Virus record (IMG/VR): IMGVR_UViG_3300019458_000002
Span: 1 to 64,000 of that record
Origin: a virus
Length of the DNA: 64,000 bases
Strand: one strand, 5' to 3'
Shown: in pieces, positions 18,202-24,818 of the stretch
How the letters are laid out: each line of letters begins with the position of its first letter
How positions within the stretch are numbered: the stretch's first letter is position 1
The notes under the pieces: model-generated
The model's input: the letters and a program-made list of their open reading frames with translations, nothing else
Databases searched by the model: none
Told to the model about the DNA's origin: nothing
Made by a program: the position numbers and the translations under genes

Positions 18202-18315
18202 TTGACCCGGAAGGAATCGAACCTTCAACCGCTAGAGTGTTTAATCTTGCTGTTGATATTCCATACGGAATACCGTTGGTTTATGTCTAATGCTCTACCA
18301 TTGAGCTACAGGTCA
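18202..18315 (-). tRNA. tRNA-scaffold gene (114 nt) with about 42 extra nt in the anticodon loop; anticodon unresolved
   Basis: TGACCTG-TA-GCTC-AATGGTA-GAGC-A-TTAGA-[49 nt, including hairpin GGTATTCC-GTAT-GGAATATC]-TCTAG-CGGTT-GAAGG-TTCGATT-CCTTC-CGGGTCA-A. Parsed by hand. Confidence 0.55.
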
Positions 18316-18324
18316 ATAAAATTG

Positions 18325-18394
18325 AGCCCCAGGCAGGAGTTGAACACTGCGACCTCCGGTTTATTTCCGGTGCTCTACGCTGAGCTACTGAGGC
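18325..18394 (-). tRNA. Compact tRNA-scaffold gene (70 nt) with non-canonical anticodon loop AAAUAAA
   Basis: GCCTCAG-TA-GCTC-AGCGTA-GAGC-ACCGG-AAATAAA-CCGGA-GGTC-GCAG(T)G-TTCAACT-CCTGC-CTGGGGC-T. No U33, and the D loop is only 6 nt. Confidence 0.5.
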
Positions 18395-18413
18395 TTAAGC
18401 TAGATTAGGATTG

Positions 18414-18519
18414 AGTCCTAGGTTGGATTCGAACCAACGCCCTTCAGCTAAAGGCTGACGCTCTACCTTTGTGGTTTTCATTAATCTAGAATCTTTGCCA
18501 CGGCCTGAGCTACTAGGAC
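18414..18519 (-). tRNA. tRNA-scaffold gene (106 nt) with about 35 extra nt in the D loop; anticodon unresolved (loop CUUUA)
   Basis: GTCCTAG-TA-GCTC-[43-nt D loop with GTGG...CCAC helix]-GAGC-G-TCAGC-CTTTA-GCTGA-AGGGC-GTTGG-TTCGAAT-CCAAC-CTAGGAC-T. Confidence 0.55.
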
Positions 18520-18523
18520 ATTG

Positions 18524-18644
18524 GCGGGGCAGAGAGACTTGCACTCTCGCATGGCGGCACCATTAGCATTATTTTGCTGGATGTATTCGTTAAACGGAAT
18601 ACAGTTTTTGCAAGCCGCTGCCGTACTATCTTGGCTATGCCCCG
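18524..18644 (-). tRNA. tRNA-Cys(GCA)-like gene (121 nt) with a 48-nt insertion directly 3' of the anticodon loop
   Basis: CGGGGCA-TA-GCCA-AGATAGTA-CGGC-A-GCGGC-TTGCAAA-[48 nt]-GCCGC-CATGC-GAGAG-TGCAAGT-CTCTC-TGCCCCG-C. The TTGCAAA loop is canonical for Cys. Confidence 0.6.
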
Positions 18645-18650
18645 CGTATT

Positions 18651-18923
18651 TTAATTTTCTCTACACTCTATTCGCCACTCATTTGACCAACGCTTGAATT
18701 TTGCACCTGAATCCAGGCAGTTATCGAGGTAATTGAATTCACCTACGACAGTCTTTTTACCTGAGGCTGTTGTAACGATAAGCTTCCATGGAGGCTCTGG
18801 AACTGCTATTCCAAAATCTCCTCTGAGATAAGGGGTTGCGCAACCCGCAAACATGCTACCTACCAAGAAGATAAAGAACAATAGCAAAAACAGCCAGAAG
18901 GCCCTTATGACTTTATTTGCCAT
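18651..18923 (-). CDS. Putative lipoprotein
   Basis: 90 aa. Signal peptide ending in the lipobox FAGC (LVGSMFAGCA). Confidence 0.6.
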   Translation of the reverse strand: MANKVIRAFWLFLLLFFIFLVGSMFAGCATPYLRGDFGIAVPEPPWKLIVTTASGKKTVVGEFNYLDNCLDSGAKFKRWSNEWRIECREN

Positions 18924-19164
18924 ATTGCCCGCAATGCCTCTTAAAGACTGTGTGCCACTTTTCTTCCCAGTTGCAGTCGCTACTAGTGCAAATCATTCTA
19001 CCAATCAGACACTCAGTAACGGTTTCACCTGCATACTTTGTATTGTTCTTTCGGCACTCCAAAACTAGCCCACGGTTTGCCATAACCGTCTCTGGTGTCT
19101 GGCATGGTCCAGATGCACACCCTGCGATGGTCATTGCAGAAAGTAGAATAATTAGTTTTACCAT
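18913..19164 (-). CDS. Putative Cys-rich lipoprotein
   Basis: I prefer the internal ATG at 19164 (MVKLIILLSAMTIAGCASGP, lipobox IAGC). The 140-aa track ORF has an implausible N-terminus. Confidence 0.5.
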   Translation of the reverse strand: MVKLIILLSAMTIAGCASGPCQTPETVMANRGLVLECRKNNTKYAGETVTECLIGRMICTSSDCNWEEKWHTVFKRHCGQYGK

Positions 19165-19174
19165 GAGTAAAATT

Positions 19175-19375
19175 CTATACCTCAAAACAAAAATCGTCAA
19201 TAATTCCATCAGTAAAGTAGGTGAAGCACATATCTGTTTCTGGGTCATAATCAATGCACCATCCATCAGGCGATGTACTATGTGCAGAGGCAATGAAATT
19301 AGCTCCAGCAGCAGTTCCAAGAGTGACACATCCACTTATTGTGTATCCATCATTCTTATATTTCTTTTTACTCAT
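19175..19375 (-). CDS. Small hypothetical protein
   Basis: 66 aa. Fills the gap downstream of the promoter at 19475-19503. Confidence 0.4.
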   Translation of the reverse strand: MSKKKYKNDGYTISGCVTLGTAAGANFIASAHSTSPDGWCIDYDPETDMCFTYFTDGIIDDFCFEV

Positions 19376-19474
19376 GATGTTTCCAAAATTCGTGTAACCA
19401 GGCGGTACGGCGGCTCCGCGACATGGGCGCTACCCATCACATCTCCGATTCCTGATGCTACAGGCTACAGACAA

Positions 19475-19503
19475 AGAATAGCAAATTAAGCTTACTCTGT
19501 CAA
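19475..19503 (-). promoter_or_regulatory. Sigma70-like promoter (leftward)
   Basis: Minus strand TTGACA (19503-19498), 17-nt spacer, TATTCT (19480-19475). Followed by a GC-rich leader of about 95 nt. Confidence 0.45.
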
Positions 19504-19797
19504 CTAGATATCAGAGGCTTTTCTTTGACGCAGATGGTCTCTAGACTTAAGCTCCAGATATGACCACTCTTTCTTAGAACCTACACTATCTACAATCCAG
19601 CCCTTACTCGGGGTCCTGGTCTCCGCAGCTGGTGAATCAGAGGGCCATTGCAGCTTTGCGTGAGTCACAAATGTAATGTCAATAATGTGCCCAGGCTTAG
19701 CAAACTCATTAGGAATCCAAGCTACGTGGCGTTGAATACTGCCATCGCTCAATGTCCTGCTCATTGAGCATTGGGCGTAAACGTCCTTCTTTGCCAT
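19504..19797 (-). CDS. Hypothetical protein
   Basis: 97 aa. TAATG-type overlap with the upstream gene. Confidence 0.55.
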   Translation of the reverse strand: MAKKDVYAQCSMSRTLSDGSIQRHVAWIPNEFAKPGHIIDITFVTHAKLQWPSDSPAAETRTPSKGWIVDSVGSKKEWSYLELKSRDHLRQRKASDI

Positions 19798-20099
19798 TAC
19801 TGTGGCTTGCTAGTGGTTACAATAATGAAGTCGGGACCGTCAGCAAATACCTCAACTAGTAGACGTGTGTCAACACCCTGAACAGTAGCAATTACATAAG
19901 CAGAACCTACGGCTAGTGCTGTAATTGTAACCTGAGTCGAAACTGGATTGGTGGCGCTAATGATTAGGGCGTTGCTGACTGTCCAAATTGGGTCTGGATA
20001 AGTGTCTGCAGGAAACGAGGTAGCGTTAGCTATGGTTGTTTGACCAACCCTCATTTTGAGTCTGGGGTATTCGAAGGGAATTTTAGCGTTTCCTAGCAT
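19797..20099 (-). CDS. Ig-like (Big_2-like) domain protein
   Basis: I prefer ATG 20099, 11 nt after the upstream stop. Beta-rich TVSNALIISATNPVSTQVTITALAVGSAYVIATVQG. Confidence 0.45.
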   Translation of the reverse strand: MLGNAKIPFEYPRLKMRVGQTTIANATSFPADTYPDPIWTVSNALIISATNPVSTQVTITALAVGSAYVIATVQGVDTRLLVEVFADGPDFIIVTTSKPQ

Positions 20100-20109
20100 G
20101 AGTTTAAGA

Positions 20110-20640
20110 TTACTTCCGTTCTTTCCTGCATTTCTCGCAAAGCGTTGATATCCAGCCATCATCATTCGGCTTACCTGGTTGCCCGCAATCCTCGCAGGTT
20201 TTATAGCTCAGTGCCTCGGCTTCGCTAATGAGGTTGTCCATTTCGTCTGTGGAAGTGGTCATGTAAAATCTAAGGCCTCCAAACTTTTCCTTGACTTGAG
20301 AAGCCCTTGGTCTAACAGATTGAAATCTTGAGCAAACTTCACGAGGATATTGTTTACCATGAAACTCATAAAATGGCCTTTTAGCAATATCTTCAGAGCA
20401 CAGCTTGCATTCTCCCTCATGACGGGGATGTGTTGGACCTTCTCCCCAGCCACATTCACAATCATCGGGAAGAGCCGCAATAAGTGGCTCAAGTTTTGCA
20501 CTCAATTCATCAATAATTTTAAACCAGCCGGGACCAGTGTCAAAGCCCCAACACATACACGTAACCTGCATGGAAGCACCACGGTCTGCGTAAAGCAGTG
20601 GGTACTTTCTACATAGCTCTTCATCTAGCTCTTTTTTCAT
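20110..20640 (-). CDS. Conserved Cys-rich phage protein of unknown function
   Basis: 176 aa. GFDTGPGWFKIIDEL ... QVKEKFGGLRFY ... TCEDCGQPG. I have seen this pattern in many phage hypotheticals. Confidence 0.6.
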   Translation of the reverse strand: MKKELDEELCRKYPLLYADRGASMQVTCMCWGFDTGPGWFKIIDELSAKLEPLIAALPDDCECGWGEGPTHPRHEGECKLCSEDIAKRPFYEFHGKQYPREVCSRFQSVRPRASQVKEKFGGLRFYMTTSTDEMDNLISEAEALSYKTCEDCGQPGKPNDDGWISTLCEKCRKERK

Positions 20641-20679
20641 ATTGATATCCTATCACATTATAATAGCCTATGTAAAGGC

Positions 20680-20708
20680 TTGACAGAAACTTTTATTTCC
20701 TGTAAAGT
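20680..20708 (+). promoter_or_regulatory. Sigma70-like promoter abutting the ATG of 20715..20981 (leaderless layout)
   Basis: TTGACA (20680-20685), 17-nt spacer, TAAAGT (20703-20708), then 6 nt before ATG at 20715. No SD site. Confidence 0.55.
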
Positions 20709-20714
20709 CATAGC

Positions 20715-20981
20715 ATGGCAAAAAAGTACACAGACGAGCAGCTTTCTAGGATTCTAGGCGAGCATGATTGCGGACACCTCAGAATATATGGTGCAGAGAA
20801 TTGGGCTAGGGGTGGGGAATACCCTAAGGGTTGTATCAATCAAGCTGCATACAACTCACATGACATTAACGCAGACTACCTAAACGTGTGGCCTGCTCGT
20901 AAGTTTGACTTCTACTATGAACCATTTTCTTCTCCAGAAGAGCTATTAGAGCTTATTGAAGGCGCAAATGAAGAACAGTAA
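20715..20981 (+). CDS. Hypothetical protein
   Basis: 88 aa, first gene of the rightward block. Confidence 0.55.
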   Translation: MAKKYTDEQLSRILGEHDCGHLRIYGAENWARGGEYPKGCINQAAYNSHDINADYLNVWPARKFDFYYEPFSSPEELLELIEGANEEQ

Positions 20982-21318
20982 GCTGGGTTGGACGGGCTTT
21001 GACCTTGATGGAACACTTGCCGAGTATCATGGCTGGACTGGAAACCCATACCACATTGGTAAGCCTATTCCAGCAATTGTAGATATTGCTAAGGATTTGC
21101 TCGCAAAAGGACAACCAATCAAAATTCTGACTGCACGAGCATGTATTTATGACCCAAATACGCTTGTAGCCATTGAAGAGTGGTGTGAAGAGCATTTAGG
21201 TCAGGTTGTGCCAATTACCTGCCAGAAGGATTATAATATGGAGCGACTTTACGACGACAGAGCAGTCCAGGTTGAAACAAATACCGGAAGAATTATCCAG
21301 GATGCCAAGACAGATTAG
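20956..21318 (+). CDS. HAD-superfamily phosphatase (T4 Pnkp-phosphatase-like DxDxT)
   Basis: 120 aa. Motif I GFDLDGTLAEY, motif II KILTAR, acidic motif YDDR. The start could instead be ATG 20968. Confidence 0.6.
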   Translation: MKAQMKNSKLGWTGFDLDGTLAEYHGWTGNPYHIGKPIPAIVDIAKDLLAKGQPIKILTARACIYDPNTLVAIEEWCEEHLGQVVPITCQKDYNMERLYDDRAVQVETNTGRIIQDAKTD

Positions 21319-21715
21319 AACTGCCGAATGTCATCCAGAGCGTAAACACTTTGGAAAGAATAAGTGCAAAAACTGCTATGACAAAGAATACGCAAAGAAT
21401 AATAGAGCTAGAATAAACGCAACTTCCAGAAAATGGGCCAAAAACAATCATAAAAAAGTTCTTGCAATATCTAGAAAGTATCTTTACGGGATAGACGACA
21501 TCCATGTGAGGGCTTTATTGAGAGCCCAAGATGGGGTTTGTAAAATCTGCATGAAAGAACCAGCGAGTCATCTAGACCATGACCATAAGAACGGAATGCC
21601 AAGAAGTCTACTGTGCGGACCTTGCAATCAGGGTCTAGGATTCTTTAAAGAGAATGTTCAGTCATTACAAAATGCTGTCAAATATTTAGAATTATGGAAG
21701 GACTGGTACGAATAA
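21302..21715 (+). CDS. Endonuclease VII / HNH-type homing endonuclease
   Basis: I prefer ATG 21302; the track start at 21206 overlaps the upstream gene. Motif HLDHDHKNGMPRSLLCGPCNQGLG. Confidence 0.7.
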   Translation: MPRQIRTAECHPERKHFGKNKCKNCYDKEYAKNNRARINATSRKWAKNNHKKVLAISRKYLYGIDDIHVRALLRAQDGVCKICMKEPASHLDHDHKNGMPRSLLCGPCNQGLGFFKENVQSLQNAVKYLELWKDWYE

Positions 21716-21719
21716 TCCC

Positions 21720-22208
21720 ATGAAGCTCTTATACGCAGGGTCCTTTGACCCACTACACTACGGTCACTGCAGCATCATTGACCGGGCTCGTTTTATGGGT
21801 GATTTGACTGTAGGAATCGCTCGTAATGAGGCCAAGAATCCATTTTTGTCCATTGGAGCCCGACATTACAACTTATCAAATATGTATAAGGGTGCAGCGG
21901 AAGTTGTCATGCTTCCAAGCGGTCAATTTACGGGAGCCTGGGCTAAGGCTCAAAAGTTTGACTATTTAGTTAGGGGAGTTCGGGGTCCAAGGGATGTCGA
22001 GGATGAGCTAGCTCTTGTTCACTTTAACAAAGAGAACTTCTATATGGAGACAATTCTGCTACCATGCGAAGAAGCATGTCGTCAAATTTCTTCAACGGCC
22101 ATCAAGGCTATTATTCAGAACGAAGGCTGGGAACGAATCATTATGGACTATGTTCCAGACTCAGTCGCTACCCTTATAAAAGAAAAGATTGAAAGAGAAA
22201 GACCATGA
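21720..22208 (+). CDS. Phosphopantetheine adenylyltransferase (CoaD)-like nucleotidyltransferase
   Basis: 162 aa. YAGSFDPLHYGH, DYLVRGVRG..D.E.E and ISSTAIK are collinear with bacterial PPAT as I remember it. Confidence 0.65.
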   Translation: MKLLYAGSFDPLHYGHCSIIDRARFMGDLTVGIARNEAKNPFLSIGARHYNLSNMYKGAAEVVMLPSGQFTGAWAKAQKFDYLVRGVRGPRDVEDELALVHFNKENFYMETILLPCEEACRQISSTAIKAIIQNEGWERIIMDYVPDSVATLIKEKIERERP

Positions 22209-22720
22209 ACGAAATCCTTCACCAACTATCCCATCACCCGCATGCAGGGATTGTATTTGCACTCCTGCTTATCTATCAACTAAAGCACTTTTTAGCTGAT
22301 TACCCACTTCAGGGAGCATACATGCTCGGCAAGTTTAAGGACCATGGTTGGGTTCTTCCACTCGCTGCACATTGTGCGGTACATGGCTGGTTTACATTTG
22401 CAATTGCAATGGCATTTGGAATGAAACCACTGCAATGTTTAGGTCTTGCTGCTTTTGACTTTGTGGTCCACTTTACAATGGACAGAATCAAAGCCAGTCC
22501 TAAACTTATGGGGCGTTGGAAGGCTCTATCTGGCAGAGAATATGTTACGGTAAAAGAAAACCTGGCCTGGTATAGTCCATTCAGGGACCAAACAACTGCA
22601 AATGAGTGTAGAGCGGCTTTACGAAACAACAAGCTATTCTGGTGGGCATTGGGATTTGACCAAATGGTCCATCACCTCACTCACTACGCAATCATCGCTT
22701 ACATCGCCTGCAACCGATAG
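22205..22720 (+). CDS. DUF3307-like polytopic membrane protein
   Basis: 171 aa. KHFLADYPLQG and several His-containing hydrophobic segments. ATGA overlap with the PPAT-like gene. Confidence 0.5.
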   Translation: MNEILHQLSHHPHAGIVFALLLIYQLKHFLADYPLQGAYMLGKFKDHGWVLPLAAHCAVHGWFTFAIAMAFGMKPLQCLGLAAFDFVVHFTMDRIKASPKLMGRWKALSGREYVTVKENLAWYSPFRDQTTANECRAALRNNKLFWWALGFDQMVHHLTHYAIIAYIACNR

Positions 22721-22727
22721 GATATCC

Positions 22728-23198
22728 ATGAACAAAGACCATCAGAAAGTCCTAGCGGAAGTAAAGAAGATTCAAGACGAAGCTCAGGCTCGTATTGACA
22801 AGGTGCTGAAGGAACTTAATCAAGAGCCTCAGCCTATTAATGAAAGTCAAGAGCTTGTGTTCAGGCTTATGGAATTGTCTTCCTTCAATAGCTTCGATGG
22901 CCACCAGGTTGTAAAAGACCTAAAGAAACACCGAAGTCTTTGGAGGGGTGTCATTCATGACCGCATTGGAAGCTTAATCAAGCTCCGAGACATTGACAGT
23001 GGACAAGGATTGAATGTGGACACAGTCTTTATTTTGCCCACATACGGTCTAGAAGATAAGCTCCATGAAGTGGCTCGGGGCTGGGATGCTGATTCAATTA
23101 TCTGGCTTGGAGAAGAAGAAGCCTGCATTCTCCTGGGTTCTTCGTCACCCAATGGAGAAGATGACAAGAAGGTTATTCTACGAGTCTGGTGGGATTAA
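22728..23198 (+). CDS. Hypothetical protein
   Basis: I prefer ATG 22728 (MNKDHQKVLAEV...); the track start at 22602 overlaps the upstream gene. Confidence 0.55.
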   Translation: MNKDHQKVLAEVKKIQDEAQARIDKVLKELNQEPQPINESQELVFRLMELSSFNSFDGHQVVKDLKKHRSLWRGVIHDRIGSLIKLRDIDSGQGLNVDTVFILPTYGLEDKLHEVARGWDADSIIWLGEEEACILLGSSSPNGEDDKKVILRVWWD

Positions 23199-23384
23199 GT
23201 GATAGTCAACAAACACGGATTAAGCTTCTACAAACGCATAGTCCGATGTCCTAAGTGCAATCGTAGATATGAAATCACCCGGATTCTACTGCCTGGGAAT
23301 CCTAGACAAAGGGTCTTTAGAGAAGTCCGAGAGACCAGTAAGAGGCCCTGCGACGAATGTTATCTAAAGGATGTCGGGAACTAA
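23199..23384 (+). CDS. Small zinc-ribbon protein
   Basis: 61 aa, GTG start. CPKCNRR ... CDEC. Confidence 0.45.
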   Translation: MIVNKHGLSFYKRIVRCPKCNRRYEITRILLPGNPRQRVFREVRETSKRPCDECYLKDVGN

Positions 23385-24601
23385 ACGTCTCTTTCAAACG
23401 TTAATGTAATTCCTCGCACAGTCAATGTAACGGGCGCACCAGAAAGTGACCCTGCTTGCATTGATAAAGAAAAGGTACCAAAAACACTGGCCAAAGGAAA
23501 TACAACAGGAGCATTGTTTGGTACTAAGGGGTCTCCCTGGAGAACATTGCCAGGAGGTGAATCTGAACCGGCCAGAACAGCTATTTTGCTGCCACCACCC
23601 TCTGTTTCTCCAATAATGCTCCACAAAATAGTTCCATCTAATGCACCAAGAACTGAAGGTTGCATTCTTAGTTGAATAAACCCTGGCGTATCTGGTGAAC
23701 CACTTTGGTCATAAATCAACATGGCCTTAGTAAGTATATTTTGTCCAGGGGCTGAAAGACTACTGAAGTCAACACCCCATTCAGCTTTCCCTTCTTCTGT
23801 TAGGGAATTGCACACAAACTCTGCTCCAGTTTCCTGAGCAAACTGAAACGTAAGAACCTTGCCTAATGGCCTAGCAGCTGTAATAGCAGTATCAATAGCT
23901 GTAGTAACATCAGCACTAGATATTGGGACACCGCTAATTTGAAGCGTGCCAGTGCTAAACTCAGAAATTCCTTCAGACCAGTAAAAAATTATGTCGCCAG
24001 CTGCTCTTTGAATCTCAAGAACCGCATATTGATTAGCGGTCATACCGCGAATCTCGGAAGTTACATTTACTGCCGGTCCACGAGTACCATCTACCGCACT
24101 AGCTGGAAGTACTATTTCGAACGATGTAATTTCAGTGAACTCTATAGCGTCTGTATCGACAACCGCTGGCACACCAGTAACTTTATATACCTTCCCAATA
24201 TTAGTTGTTCCACTTTGAACGTAAATACGTTTCCCAAGTGTTATCTCAGAAAGCTGGTCGAAGTCCGTAGCCCGTCTAAGATAGTCTGTGTTTGGTCCTC
24301 CAATCGCATTGCCAGTATAAACACCGGCATCACTAGGGAGAGCCGTATGCTCAGGTAAGAGCAAATATCTCTGGCTTGGACTTTGACTGGTCCCATCAAT
24401 AGTAAACTTTCCACCATGAAGTGGTGGTGGTGCGGGGATGGCTGGGTTCTTCGCTATGATTTTTCCAATACCCGCTCCAGAAGTGGTGTAAGCGGGTAAA
24501 ACTGCCGCTGTAGCTCCTGTAACTAACAAATAGTCTAGGGGTGCATTACCGGACTTAAGCGGGGTAGGCGTGGTTCTCAGATTGTATACATGAAGTGCCA
24601 T
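23381..24601 (-). CDS. Virion structural protein (tail/baseplate region)
   Basis: 406 aa, last gene of the long leftward structural block. Beta-rich and Gly/Thr/Ala-rich. Confidence 0.55.
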   Translation of the reverse strand: MALHVYNLRTTPTPLKSGNAPLDYLLVTGATAAVLPAYTTSGAGIGKIIAKNPAIPAPPPLHGGKFTIDGTSQSPSQRYLLLPEHTALPSDAGVYTGNAIGGPNTDYLRRATDFDQLSEITLGKRIYVQSGTTNIGKVYKVTGVPAVVDTDAIEFTEITSFEIVLPASAVDGTRGPAVNVTSEIRGMTANQYAVLEIQRAAGDIIFYWSEGISEFSTGTLQISGVPISSADVTTAIDTAITAARPLGKVLTFQFAQETGAEFVCNSLTEEGKAEWGVDFSSLSAPGQNILTKAMLIYDQSGSPDTPGFIQLRMQPSVLGALDGTILWSIIGETEGGGSKIAVLAGSDSPPGNVLQGDPLVPNNAPVVFPLASVFGTFSLSMQAGSLSGAPVTLTVRGITLTFERDV

Positions 24602-24602
24602 A

Positions 24603-24818
24603 TTAGGTTAAGTTCCCATTGGCATCATACCAGTTGTTGTCGTTTGGTCCGCCTGAGTATTGAGGGGCTTTATCGTCTGTATTCCAGATTTCAAAGCCTA
24701 CCGGGAACTGATTGGCTAATGGACGTGACGTATTAGAGTATTTTGGAGGAGAAAGTATTGCATACCCCTCACTGTCTACAGGAACATTGTCCCTAACCCT
24801 TATTTCTTTACCGGGCAT
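24603..24818 (-). CDS. Small structural-region protein with VDSEGY N-terminal motif
   Basis: 71 aa: VRDNVPVDSEGYAILS. Confidence 0.5.
   Translation of the reverse strand: MPGKEIRVRDNVPVDSEGYAILSPPKYSNTSRPLANQFPVGFEIWNTDDKAPQYSGGPNDNNWYDANGNLT

Noticed and set aside
18196-18408. ORFs running through tRNA genes (18196..18408 +, 55142..55351 -, and 51996..52103, the 5' part of the track ORF)
   Set aside because: Their translations contain the typical tRNA-antisense signature (for example RDSNPRP). tRNA arms explain the sequence better.
18202-18644. Archaeal host, inferred from the small tRNA insertions
   Set aside because: Several TTGACA-17-TAnnnT promoters, AGGAG ribosome-binding sites, lipoboxes and T4-type homing endonucleases all point to a bacterial host.
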